DNA of 61,821 nucleotides, filler included, from a bacterium (GTDB taxonomy: Bacteria > JBBIVP01): assembly GCA_037439705.1 (NCBI GenBank). It is 7 parts of 7 records of this genome, joined end to end, with 100 filler letters (N's around TTAATTAATTAA, not from the genome) between each part and the next. Parts side by side here need not be neighbours in the genome. Positions count along the whole stretch, not along the records: positions 44,715 to 53,237 come from JBBIVP010000088.1; positions 53,338 to 61,821 come from JBBIVP010000089.1; 5 more parts are not named here. One strand, given 5' to 3'. The stretch's first letter is position 1. Each line of letters begins with the position of its first letter. The position numbers and the translations under genes are program-made. This document shows positions 52,227-61,821 of this stretch, piece by piece. A model generated the notes under the pieces. The model saw only the letters and a list, made by a program, of their open reading frames with translations. It did not search any database and had not been told where the DNA came from.

Positions 52227-53237
52227 TTAAGAACTTTCTTTACCAAGTTTGAAAAAGTTAATTACAAATATAACTGCTCCGATTAGGAACCCAACACCAA
52301 ATATTCCTCTTAATATCCAGAACCAGAGGTTATAATTTGTCTTTACTGCTACATAATCAAGACCTACAACCCTCTCCATATATGTCTGAACTATTCCTGC
52401 TCCAGTAATTGTGAGCACAATAAATATCATTGAAATAGTCATCCACCAGAAAGACTGATAAACCCTTGATGTGGAGAATTCTTTTACTCCCCTTATCACT
52501 GGCAGGCTTACATATATCATAGAAATAACGAGGAGAACATATGCACCATAGAAAGCAAGATGCCCATGGGCAGTGGTAATCTGAGTACCATGGGTCCATT
52601 TGTTAACCTGTGGAAGAGTATGTATCACTCCCCAGAGTCCTGCCCCTACAAAGTTAAATATAGCATGAGCTACAGCATAAAATAGTCCCACTTTGTTTGT
52701 GACTGTTCTGTATTCTCTTGTAGATCTGAAAGCATCCCAGACCATTACAATGAGAGGGATAGGTTCGAGAGAACTAAATATTCCTCCTATCCAGAGCCAG
52801 TATTCAGGAGTCCCTATCCAATAATAATGGTGACCTGTTCCAAGAATTCCTGTAAAGAGCACAAGTGCTACTTCTAAATACATCCATTTTTCCACCACAT
52901 CCCTTGATACATTGATGGTTTTCATAAGCATAAAAGCGAGGAGAGCTCCTGCTATGACTTCCCGAGCCCCTTCAACCCATAAATGAATAACCCACCACCA
53001 CCAGTACTGGTCTTTTACCATATTTTTAGTGTAAAACATTACGGGGAGGTACATAAGAACGAGAAAGGTTAATCCGGCCAGAAGAGTACCTTGAATCCCT
53101 GTCCATTTTTTTGTTTTTATCACAGTAACAAAGTTGTTGATGAGAAATAGTATAGCTGAAATAGCAATCAGGATGTCTGCCCACCTGGGCGCTTCTATAT
53201 ATTCCCTTCCTTCATTAAGTATCCCTGTTCCAAATAA
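52227..53237 (-). CDS. norB: Nitric oxide reductase large subunit NorB (5' truncated)
   Basis: EGREYIE, HLWVEG, GTGHHYYWIG, SSLEP, THGTQITTAHGHLAFYG. Confidence 0.88.
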   Translation of the reverse strand, partial: LFGTGILNEGREYIEAPRWADILIAISAILFLINNFVTVIKTKKWTGIQGTLLAGLTFLVLMYLPVMFYTKNMVKDQYWWWWVIHLWVEGAREVIAGALLAFMLMKTINVSRDVVEKWMYLEVALVLFTGILGTGHHYYWIGTPEYWLWIGGIFSSLEPIPLIVMVWDAFRSTREYRTVTNKVGLFYAVAHAIFNFVGAGLWGVIHTLPQVNKWTHGTQITTAHGHLAFYGAYVLLVISMIYVSLPVIRGVKEFSTSRVYQSFWWMTISMIFIVLTITGAGIVQTYMERVVGLDYVAVKTNYNLWFWILRGIFGVGFLIGAVIFVINFFKLGKESS

Positions 53238-53337
53238 NNNNNNNNNNNNNNNNNNNNNNNNNNNNNNNNNNNNNNNNNNNNTTAATTAATTAANNNNNNN
53301 NNNNNNNNNNNNNNNNNNNNNNNNNNNNNNNNNNNNN
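53238..53337. other. Artificial contig linker
   Basis: N44-TTAATTAATTAA-N44. Confidence 0.98.
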
Positions 53338-53344
53338 CCACCTC

Positions 53345-54502
53345 CTAAAAGATATTTTTTAAAACATATGTCAGTTCCTTCAGTTCTTTCAAATCACCAA
53401 TGAACTCATCTACTAACTCTTTATCAAGTTGTTTCCCGCTCACCCTCTTTATTTCCTCTACAGCATAATTAAACGGCTTTTCTTTTCTATAAGGTCTTTT
53501 AGATGTCATGGCATCATATACATCACATACAGAAACTATACGAACAAGAAGCGGGATTTCGTTTCCCTTGAGTTCTCCCGGATATCCCTTCCCATCTATC
53601 CTTTAATGATGGTATTTTATTATGGGGAGTGTATCCTTTAAAAACTCAAACCCCCTCATAAACCTCTCACCTATTACAGGATGCTCCTTCATCCTTTCCA
53701 TCTCTTTTGGCGTGAGTTTACCCCTTTTTATGGCAATTTCTATAAGCCCTATCTTTCCTACATCGTGAATTAGAGAACCCTTTGAAATGATATCCATTTC
53801 ATTCTTCGGAAGTTTTATCTTTTCAGCTAAATACCTGGAATACCTTGAAACCCTTTGAGAATGTCCTTTAAAAAACATGCTCGTGTTTTCAATCATCTCA
53901 AGTATACTTAGAATTGTCTCAAAAAATATCTGTTCTTGCCTTTCCTTTTCCATTTTCAGGTTCAGGATAGGGGTAAGGGAGTTTATAAGGGTAAAAAGAA
54001 CATTTTTTAAAGAAGGAGGAATGGCATTTGCGGTCACCGAAAGCACACCTATTTTTAGATTATCAACAATTATTGGAATAGAAATAAAGGATTTTGATAA
54101 ATAAATGGGAGATGGAACTCCCCAGTGCTTGAACCTCGGGTCCCTTCCAGCCCTTTCAACCTCTATTATTTTTCCTTCCCTGAATGCCTCTCCAGATATC
54201 CCCTCTCCTGGAAGAAAGGTTTTCTCTTTTTTTACCTCACTCAATCCAGCAGAGGCATAGATATCAAGCAATCCGGTTTCTTCATTGTAAAGAAGAATTG
54301 CTATCTCATCAAGTTTATAATTTTCTTTTATATTTGAAAGGAGAAATCCTAAGTCTGATTTTAAATCCCTTGAATAGCTCAGTACATTTACAATATTTGT
54401 ATACAATTTTAAAGAATTCTCAACCTCTTTCAGTTTTCCCTGAAGTTTTTCTACCTCAACTTTCTTGTAAAAAAGTTCCTCTTTTATTTTACTTTTTTTC
54501 AT
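53345..54502 (-). pseudogene. GAF + HD-GYP phosphodiesterase with an in-frame TAA at 53603-53605
   Basis: GHSQRV, IHDVGKIG, YHH*RIDGKGYPG...DVYDAMTSKRPYRK; the frame continues to TAG at 53345. Confidence 0.85.
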
Positions 54503-54639
54503 CAAACTCTCTAAATAAAAATTTTAGATTAAAAAAAATTAAATATCAACAAAAATGCGCTTTTTCGTTAAAAAATTTACAGGGTAAAAATTACATTTTT
54601 GCTTGACACGACATTTTTTTTATAGAAAATAAAAATCAA

Positions 54640-54657
54640 TGAATGACCATTCAGTCA
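54640..54657. promoter_or_regulatory. Putative TetR/FadR-like operator upstream of the SCP2 gene
   Basis: Near-palindrome TGAATGA-CCAT-TCAGTCA between TTGACA (54603) and the RBS. Confidence 0.6.
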
Positions 54658-54680
54658 AAAAAAAATACAGGAGGTGAACC

Positions 54681-55010
54681 ATGGGAACACCGAAAGAATT
54701 CTTTGAAAAAACAGTAGCAGAAAGGCTGAAGACAAACCCTGCTGAGGCAAAACAAGTAAACGCAATTTACCAGTTTGAACTCTCAGGAGAGGGGGGAGGA
54801 ACATGGGTTGTTGACCTTAAATCTGACCCGCCCTGCGTAAAAGAAGGACCTTCTCCTGATGCTCAATGCACAATAAGTATGTCCGCTCAAGACTTCATGG
54901 CGGTAGTTGAGGGAAAACTGAATTCCCAGATGGCTTTCATGCAGGGAAAATTAAAGATAAAAGGAGATATGGGTATCGCAATGAAACTTAACAAAATTCT
55001 GAAAAGCTAA
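54681..55010 (+). CDS. SCP2 sterol/lipid-binding domain protein
   Basis: YQFELSGEGGGTWVVDL, QMAFMQGKLKIKGDMGIAMKL. Confidence 0.92.
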   Translation: MGTPKEFFEKTVAERLKTNPAEAKQVNAIYQFELSGEGGGTWVVDLKSDPPCVKEGPSPDAQCTISMSAQDFMAVVEGKLNSQMAFMQGKLKIKGDMGIAMKLNKILKS

Positions 55011-55117
55011 AGGCAGGGAGAGGGAGGAGGTGTGGGGGAAAAGGGGAGGAAGAGAGAAAAATTTCTTTAATTTCTGATTTTTTATATAATTTTTAAAAAA
55101 CTATTTAGGAGGCAAAA

Positions 55118-55804
55118 ATGGAGAAAAAGGGAGAAACTTCAAGGGTATGGGTGTGGTTGTTTTTAGTATTAGATCTAATACTCGTAGGTGCTGGAATATT
55201 ATTTTATGCAAAATTCTATAAACCAGTGATTGAAAGAGAAAGGGCATGTAAGGAGATGCTTCAGATTTCTGAGGAAAAGATAAAAGAACTTGAATCACTT
55301 AAAGAGACCCAGGCTAAGGAGATGGAGAAAATGAAGGAAGCCTACGACAAACTTATGGGAGAACTGGAAGCAAGGCTTTCATCAGGAGATATAACCCTGA
55401 CAAGAAAAGGAGACAGAATCTATGTCAGTTTGCTTGAAAGAATTATGTTTGATTCTGGAAGGGCAGAGATAAAGGAGGAAGGAGTAAAGGTCCTGGAGGA
55501 AATAGCAGAGATTCTGAATCAGTATGAAGACCATGCAGTTATGGTAGAAGGACACACGGACAACATGCCCATAGGTCCAGGGCTTCAGAAAATATATCCC
55601 ACAAACTGGGAATTATCTGCCATAAGAGCAGTAAATGTGGTGAGATATCTTGAATATCTGGGGGTTGACCCGAAAAGACTTTCAGCAGTTGCTTACGGAG
55701 AACATCATCCAGTATCTGATAACAGCACAGAAGAAGGAAGGGCACTTAACAGAAGAATTGAAATAGTTCTCCTTCCTATAAGAATTGAAAAGGTAGAGGA
55801 ATAA
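55118..55804 (+). CDS. OmpA/MotB-like peptidoglycan-binding membrane protein
   Basis: One TM helix, coiled coil, FDSGRA, VEGHTD, NWELSAIRA, NRRIEI. Confidence 0.88.
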   Translation: MEKKGETSRVWVWLFLVLDLILVGAGILFYAKFYKPVIERERACKEMLQISEEKIKELESLKETQAKEMEKMKEAYDKLMGELEARLSSGDITLTRKGDRIYVSLLERIMFDSGRAEIKEEGVKVLEEIAEILNQYEDHAVMVEGHTDNMPIGPGLQKIYPTNWELSAIRAVNVVRYLEYLGVDPKRLSAVAYGEHHPVSDNSTEEGRALNRRIEIVLLPIRIEKVEE

Positions 55805-56773
55805 ATGGAAATAGAGAAAAAAATAGAAGGATATATCTCAAAAATTGAGCTGATAAAAACAGAAATCTCAAAAATTATTGTGGGACAGAATAAACCTATA
55901 GAACTTATGCTTCTTTCCATTCTCTCAAAAGGACATTCCATGTTCGTGGGTGTACCAGGTCTTGCAAAAACCCTCCTCGTAAACACGCTTTCTCAGGTTT
56001 TATCGCTCAAATTCTCAAGAATTCAATTTACGCCTGACCTTATGCCCTCTGATATAACGGGTTCCGATGTAATTGAAGAAGAGGGAGGAAGAAAATTTTT
56101 CAGATTTGTTCAGGGACCCATTTTCACAAATCTTCTTCTGGCAGATGAAATTAACAGAACTCCTCCAAAAACTCAGTCCGCACTCCTTCAGGCGATGCAG
56201 GAATATAAAGTTACAAGTGGAGGAAAAACATATTTTCTTGAAGAACCTTTCATAGTTTTTGCAACCCAGAACCCGATAGAACTGGAAGGAACCTACCCTC
56301 TTCCTGAAGCCCAGTTGGATAGATTTATGTTTATGATTGATATGGATTATCCATCAAAACAGGAAGAGGTGGAAATAGTGGAAAAAACCACAGGAGCTAT
56401 GGATGTGGAAATAAAGAGCGTGGTAAATAGAGAGGAAGTGATTGAGCTTCAAAAAATTATAAGGGGTGTTCCTGTTGCAAGGTCGGTGGTGGAATATGCT
56501 GTTGAACTTGTGAGAAAAACCCGTCCTCAAAATCCAGATTCCCCTGATTTTGTAAAAGAAAATTTAGAATGGGGAGCGGGACCAAGAGGCTCACAGTTTT
56601 TAATTATGGGAGCAAAAGCAAAATGCTTTATTGATGGTAGATTTTCTCCAACTACTGATGATGTAAAAAATATAGCGGTCCCAGCGTTAAAACACAGGAT
56701 TGTTTTAAAATTCAAAGCAAAAGCAAAGGGAATAAAATCGGATGACATTATAAGGATGCTTATTGAAGAATGA
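55805..56773 (+). CDS. moxR: MoxR family AAA+ ATPase
   Basis: GVPGLAKT, RIQFTPDLMPSD, ADEINRTPPKTQSALL, ATQNPIE, QLDRF. Confidence 0.95.
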   Translation: MEIEKKIEGYISKIELIKTEISKIIVGQNKPIELMLLSILSKGHSMFVGVPGLAKTLLVNTLSQVLSLKFSRIQFTPDLMPSDITGSDVIEEEGGRKFFRFVQGPIFTNLLLADEINRTPPKTQSALLQAMQEYKVTSGGKTYFLEEPFIVFATQNPIELEGTYPLPEAQLDRFMFMIDMDYPSKQEEVEIVEKTTGAMDVEIKSVVNREEVIELQKIIRGVPVARSVVEYAVELVRKTRPQNPDSPDFVKENLEWGAGPRGSQFLIMGAKAKCFIDGRFSPTTDDVKNIAVPALKHRIVLKFKAKAKGIKSDDIIRMLIEE

Positions 56774-57636
56774 ACGAAGAACTCCAGTTTGAGGAAGAAA
56801 TTCTTTCAAAGGCGAAGGGGTTATATATTGAAGTAAGAAGAATTACAGGAGGACTCTTTACAGGACACCATAAAAGCAGAATAAGAGGGAGGGGAACGGA
56901 TTTTATAGAACTGAGGGAATACACGAATGGCGATGATATAAGGGACATAGACTGGAAATTTTACGGAAGAAGAGAGAAGTTAATGGTAAAGGTGAAAGAG
57001 GATAAAGGAAGAATAGACCTTCTTTTATGTGTGGATGACTCCTACTCCATGGATTTCGGGAAAAATAACAAACTTGATTATGCGGTAAGACTGGCAGGAA
57101 TAATCGGATATCTTGGAATCTCACAGGGAGACAGAATCCTTCTGAAAACATTTTCCGGATTTCCAGAGGTTCCTCCTTCTCCATCAAAAGACGCTTTCTT
57201 CAACTTTTTTATTGCCCTTTCCATGATAAAACCGAATTGCTCAATAAAACCGGTTAGATTTTTAGAGGAGATGAATATAAACTCAAAAGGTGTAAAGGTA
57301 ATAGTTCTGTCAGACATGCTTTATGAAGAAAATATGGCTCTTGAATTTTTGTCATCCTTTGAAGGCATTGAATATGACATAATTCACATAATTGCCGAGG
57401 AGGAGAAAGAAGTTATTGGCTTTGAGCAAGCTTTTTTTAAAAATCCCGAAGGAGATGAAAAAATTCTTGTTGATCCGAATCTGTTGAACAGGTATTACAG
57501 AAAGGCTTTTACTGAATGGGAAAAAAATCTTGAAAAAACTATCACCGAGAGGGGGGGAATTTATATAAATGCCTTAACCTCAATGCCACTTCAGGAAACT
57601 ATTATAAACTATTTAACAAAACTTGGAAAAAGATGA
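56770..57636 (+). CDS. DUF58 (vWA-like) protein
   Basis: GHHKSRIRGRGTDFIELREY..GDDIRDIDWK, DDSYSM. Confidence 0.88.
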   Translation: MNEELQFEEEILSKAKGLYIEVRRITGGLFTGHHKSRIRGRGTDFIELREYTNGDDIRDIDWKFYGRREKLMVKVKEDKGRIDLLLCVDDSYSMDFGKNNKLDYAVRLAGIIGYLGISQGDRILLKTFSGFPEVPPSPSKDAFFNFFIALSMIKPNCSIKPVRFLEEMNINSKGVKVIVLSDMLYEENMALEFLSSFEGIEYDIIHIIAEEEKEVIGFEQAFFKNPEGDEKILVDPNLLNRYYRKAFTEWEKNLEKTITERGGIYINALTSMPLQETIINYLTKLGKR

Positions 57637-59372
57637 ACCATTATGCCTTTTATTTTCTTCCTTTTGTCCTCCTGCCCATCATCATTCACCTTATCGGGAA
57701 AAAACCTGAAAAGGAGACAAAATTCCCGCCTTTTGAGATACTCCAGAAAATCTACAGGGAATACAAATGGTACTTGAGGGTAAGGAACTTATTACTGCTC
57801 TTTCTCAGAATGAGCATCATCTTTCTTTTTATCATTTCAGTTTCAAAAATTTCCTGCGGACTCCTTCCTGAAAAAAATGAGGGACTTGGAATTGTGATTG
57901 ACTCTTCATACAGCACCATGACCTTTGACGGGAATAAAAGAATTTTTAAGAAAGAAATTGAAATCGCAAAAGAAATTCTTATGAAAGCCAAAGATGCAAG
58001 GGTTTTCAAATGCTCGGATACATTGACGGGAGTCTATATAGATGAAATTCTGAATGAAAAACTGGAGCCAGATTTTAAAAATGGAAATGCAAAAAGATGT
58101 TATGAGGAACTGTCAAGGATGGGGTTTTCGGAAATTCTATGGATAACCGACGGAAGAAAGGAGGGATATGAAGAGTTAAAAGGCGGGAAAATAAAAATGA
58201 TAGATGTCTCTCAGGGGAAAAAATTTCCAAATGCATGGATAGATAGGGTGGAAATAAAGGGAGGAACACTTGAATTTCATCTTAAAAGCAATGGAAAGGT
58301 AGATGTGACATGGGGGGTAAAAAGTGGTATTTCAAGTTCAAGCGGAAAAATAGAATTAAATGAAGAGGAAATTGTTAGAACAACTTTTAATGAAAATTCG
58401 GAATGGACTATGATAAAAATAACAGGAGATGCTCTTGATGCGGATAATTATTACTTTGTGGCAAAAAAAGGAGGTGAGAAAAAACTCGTTGGAATATTCA
58501 ATTTTTCACCATCTGAAGTGCCCTATCTGGATGAAAGTTTTTACATAAAAAAAACTCTTTCTACAGAGGAGAATATCAGAATAAAAGAAAAAGTTCCGTT
58601 TACCATGAAAGGGTTAGAATTGGAAAAGGAAAGGTATTCGTTTTTATTCCTGCTCAATCCAGCATGGAACCAGTATGTGAAAGACCTCATTAACTCAGCA
58701 TTTAACCAGAAAATCCCCATTTTTGTTTCAGCAGGAGAAGGTGATGGTTTCAAAAAAGTCTGTGAGTTTATGGGAATTAAAGTTCGTGGAATTAAGGAAA
58801 TAGAGGCACGGAGAAAGCTCCGTCCCGCTTCTGAACCATTATGGTTCTCAGAACATTATGGAGAAGATATATTTGATGAAATTTTTGTAAAAAAAATATA
58901 CCTCACTGAGAGTTCAAGAGAAATAGAACCGATAATCATTCTTTCAAGCGGAGAACCTCTCCTTTTGAAAATACCGGATAAAAATTTTTACATCCTTACA
59001 ACAACTGCTGATCCGGACTGGAGCCAGTTTCCAATAGCGAGGATTTTTGTGCCATTGATGTTAGAGATAGTTCTTCGTTCATCAAAAAATGAAGAAGTGA
59101 TTGAGATAAGAGGCGGATTTGACATTCGTAAAGGAGAAAAAACCGTTGTGAAACCGCATATAGAAGCATCAGAAGTGCCCGGAATATATCAAAAAGGCGG
59201 GAAAACAATTGTAGCCAATCTCTATCCAACCGAAGAATCCCTTCTTACTCCTCTTTCATTTGTGGAATCTGAAACCGAAAGCCCGAAAAATTATTCCGGA
59301 ATTCACCTCTGGAAATATGCCCTCTTTTTTACCGGAATTCTTCTGGTTCTTGAATCCATACTTTTGAGATGA
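57633..59372 (+). CDS. BatA-domain / vWA-like membrane protein
   Basis: LPIIIHL...LLLLFLRM BatA N-terminus, IDSSYS, ITDG, DPDWSQFP, C-terminal TM helix. Confidence 0.78.
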   Translation: MNHYAFYFLPFVLLPIIIHLIGKKPEKETKFPPFEILQKIYREYKWYLRVRNLLLLFLRMSIIFLFIISVSKISCGLLPEKNEGLGIVIDSSYSTMTFDGNKRIFKKEIEIAKEILMKAKDARVFKCSDTLTGVYIDEILNEKLEPDFKNGNAKRCYEELSRMGFSEILWITDGRKEGYEELKGGKIKMIDVSQGKKFPNAWIDRVEIKGGTLEFHLKSNGKVDVTWGVKSGISSSSGKIELNEEEIVRTTFNENSEWTMIKITGDALDADNYYFVAKKGGEKKLVGIFNFSPSEVPYLDESFYIKKTLSTEENIRIKEKVPFTMKGLELEKERYSFLFLLNPAWNQYVKDLINSAFNQKIPIFVSAGEGDGFKKVCEFMGIKVRGIKEIEARRKLRPASEPLWFSEHYGEDIFDEIFVKKIYLTESSREIEPIIILSSGEPLLLKIPDKNFYILTTTADPDWSQFPIARIFVPLMLEIVLRSSKNEEVIEIRGGFDIRKGEKTVVKPHIEASEVPGIYQKGGKTIVANLYPTEESLLTPLSFVESETESPKNYSGIHLWKYALFFTGILLVLESILLR

Positions 59373-60034
59373 AAAAGTTTCTAAAAATAGTCATTGCATT
59401 CTCTTTGTTTGGAAATTCAGAACTGTTTGCGGTCTCTCCTCTATTCCGATGGGTCCAATACAAATATGATGGAGATGTGTCCACATACGATTCAGTCAAA
59501 AAGGTGCTGTGGGAACTGACAAGAATAACATCAGTTGAAGTTGTTGCAGAACCTTATTATGGAGACCTGAACGATGAAAACCTGTTCATGAGCCCGTTCA
59601 TTTATATTACGGGAAAAAATGTATCTCCTGCTTTTGGAGTGGAAGAAAAAAGGAAAATTCTTTTACACATAAGTGCAGGTGGATTATGGCTCGTGGACAG
59701 CAGTTCAGAAGACAAAAATTCACTCTTTCTTACCGAGATAAAGAAAGAATTTGAAGACATATTTGGAACTGGAAGCATAAAGCCGGTTCTTCCCTCAAGC
59801 GTTATTTTCAGGACTTTTTTTCTATTTCAAAAGGAAATGGCAGAAAGTTTTGAACTTGAAGGAATTGATGTGGATGGAAGAACCGCTGTGATATTTTCAA
59901 AGAATCTTCTTCAGAATGCTCCTGAAAAAAAGTATTATATGAGGCTTCTCATAAATATAATAATGTATTCATTAACCACAGATTATAAGCTTGACCAGGT
60001 CCATCAACCATTTATAAAAAGAAGGCTGAGATGA
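59369..60034 (+). CDS. DUF4159 family protein
   Basis: PFIYITG, GGLWLVD, DGRTAVIFS, NIIMYSLTTDYKLDQVH. Confidence 0.78.
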   Translation: MKKFLKIVIAFSLFGNSELFAVSPLFRWVQYKYDGDVSTYDSVKKVLWELTRITSVEVVAEPYYGDLNDENLFMSPFIYITGKNVSPAFGVEEKRKILLHISAGGLWLVDSSSEDKNSLFLTEIKKEFEDIFGTGSIKPVLPSSVIFRTFFLFQKEMAESFELEGIDVDGRTAVIFSKNLLQNAPEKKYYMRLLINIIMYSLTTDYKLDQVHQPFIKRRLR

Positions 60035-61821
60035 GGTTTCTTGAATTTAATTCATGGAAAGTTGCCTTTCTCATATTTCTCTTTATTCCGTTCATGTTTT
60101 TTTCAATAAGGTCCCTTCAAAAATTGGAAAAAAGGTGGAAAAAGATATTTCTTACAGCATTAAGATGCCTGTCCTTTTTCCTCTTTTCAATGGCTTTTCT
60201 GAGATTCTCTTCGTTCAAACCGACATATTTTGAGACACCCGGAAAGATAGGGATTCTTATTGATACATCTGGAAGCACCTTTCTTGGCGAAGATGGTGGA
60301 GCAATAAACAGGGTTAAAAAGGAACTTGGAAAAATCATCACCGAGTTTCATTCAATCGGAAAAGAGGTTGACCTCTTTACCTTGGATGAAAGGGTCACAC
60401 CCGTTTCCTATAACAGCCTGCTTTCCATTAAAAATTCAACCAGGGAAACTAAAATAATTGATTCCATTCAGAATTTCATGGAAAAAATGGGAAGCGATTA
60501 TGAAGGGCTAATTCTTTTTTCTGACGGAATTGACCGGTCTCAAAAGTCACTGGATTTTTTGAGAGAAAAGGGCATCCCTGTAAACACTGTAAAAATACCA
60601 CCCCCATCTGGAAAAGATGTATGGATAGAAAGCGTTGAATTTCCAGCGGTAGTGTTCAAAAAAGTTCCGTTTTCCATAAGGATAATAATAAGATCAAAAG
60701 GAATAAGTGGAACTGGAAGATTAAAAGTTTTTCTCGACGGAAATCAGGTCTCTGAGGAGAATGTTTTGATAAAGAAAGAAAAAAACGCTGTTATTAAAGA
60801 ACTGACCCTTGAGGAAGAAGGAGACCACCTCCTTCACATTGTCCTCCCTTCCTTTTCCGGAGAGATAACGGATAAAAACAACTCCTTTACAGATTACATT
60901 AAGGTGCTCAGGGATAAAATCCGGGTTTTACAGGTTGTTGGAACTCCTACATGGGATGTCAGGTTTTTGAGAAGGTTTCTCAAAAAGAATATGAGCATTG
61001 AGCTCATATCATTTATGATTTTGAGGACTCCATCTGATTATGTTTATTTTTCCGACAGCGAACTCAGTCTTATCCCATTTCCTACAAGGGAAATATTTGT
61101 TGAAGCCATTGACACTTTTGATGCTGTTATCTTTCAGAACTTCAACTATGCTCCATACGGACCATTAGAATTTCTGAAAAGCATTAAAAGGGTGGTTGAA
61201 ACAGGAAAAACTGGTTTCATAATGCTCGGAGGGGACAGGGCATTTTATAAAGGAGGATACTCAAACACTCCTGTGGAGGAAATATCTCCTGTTCAGTTCT
61301 TTGATTCATACGAAACATATGTTGAGAGAGAATTTAAGTCAAAACTCACAAAAGAAGGTGAAAGTCACCCAATCACATCTTTCTTAAAGGATTTTATTGA
61401 AAAACTTCCACCATTAAGCACACTCAATGTTGACATCAGGACTAAAAAAGATAGCATTATTCTTATGACGGACAGAAAAGGAAACCCGATTATTGTGCTC
61501 GGTGAAAGTGGAAAGGGAAGAAGTGTGGTGATTGCAACAAATTCACTCTGGGAGTGGTACTTTAATCCAGTTCTTAAAGGCGAAATTGAGGTATATACAA
61601 GGCTGATGCAGAACATATTGAACTGGGTTACAGGAGACCCCTATTTCAGAGAAATAAATCTGGAAGAAGGGAGAGAAAGTGTCAGAATATCGGTAAAGGA
61701 TAAAAATTTCAAAGAATGCAGGAAATGCAGGGTTGTTTTAAAGTTCATCTCTCCTGATGGAAAAGTTATTGAAGAAAAAGACCTTGAAAGTGAAAGTGGA
61801 GAAATAATTTTGAAAAAAGAT
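60031..61821 (+). CDS. Membrane protein with vWA and GATase1-like domains (runs off the window; absent from the ORF track)
   Basis: Open frame from ATG 60031: IDTSGS, FSDG, KIRVLQVVGTPTWDVRFLRRFLKK, ELSLIPFPTREIF, FIMLGGD. Confidence 0.8.
   Translation, partial: MRFLEFNSWKVAFLIFLFIPFMFFSIRSLQKLEKRWKKIFLTALRCLSFFLFSMAFLRFSSFKPTYFETPGKIGILIDTSGSTFLGEDGGAINRVKKELGKIITEFHSIGKEVDLFTLDERVTPVSYNSLLSIKNSTRETKIIDSIQNFMEKMGSDYEGLILFSDGIDRSQKSLDFLREKGIPVNTVKIPPPSGKDVWIESVEFPAVVFKKVPFSIRIIIRSKGISGTGRLKVFLDGNQVSEENVLIKKEKNAVIKELTLEEEGDHLLHIVLPSFSGEITDKNNSFTDYIKVLRDKIRVLQVVGTPTWDVRFLRRFLKKNMSIELISFMILRTPSDYVYFSDSELSLIPFPTREIFVEAIDTFDAVIFQNFNYAPYGPLEFLKSIKRVVETGKTGFIMLGGDRAFYKGGYSNTPVEEISPVQFFDSYETYVEREFKSKLTKEGESHPITSFLKDFIEKLPPLSTLNVDIRTKKDSIILMTDRKGNPIIVLGESGKGRSVVIATNSLWEWYFNPVLKGEIEVYTRLMQNILNWVTGDPYFREINLEEGRESVRISVKDKNFKECRKCRVVLKFISPDGKVIEEKDLESESGEIILKKD

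Overview
This window is not one continuous locus. It is seven short, AT-rich bacterial contigs (1-9074, 9175-18221, 18322-27067, 27168-35898, 35999-44614, 44715-53237, 53338-61821) joined by artificial 100-bp N44-TTAATTAATTAA-N44 linkers, as in a draft or metagenome-assembled genome. The gene content suggests a diderm, Deltaproteobacteria/Myxococcota-like organism, but that is inference only. Housekeeping genes include tatC, glyA, mnmG-rsmG-parA-parB with a perfect parS inside rsmG, gdhA, hemW, nrdJ, nagZ, atpC, tRNA-Glu(CTC) and tRNA-Val(TAC). The best candidate for an undescribed system is an H-NOX gene divergent from an operon of periplasmic binding protein, TonB-dependent receptor and c-heme (CxxCH) chemoreceptor. 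Other notable loci are a TPR-cNMP / CHASE2 adenylyl cyclase / cNMP / GAF-HD-GYP signalling operon, a fused MNT-HEPN toxin-antitoxin, and a partly decayed O2/NO-defence island (FprA, rubrerythrin, cytochrome-c-fused bd-like oxidase pair, ODP-like protein, superoxide reductase, NorB). The window also has a degenerate CRISPR-like array at a contig end, a shared FadR-like operator upstream of two lipid-metabolism genes, and a 55-bp overlap that joins contig 4 to contig 3 and restores a split gene. Several genes carry frameshifts or G-to-T nonsense changes that may be assembly errors. All product calls come from motif recognition by eye; no database searches were run.
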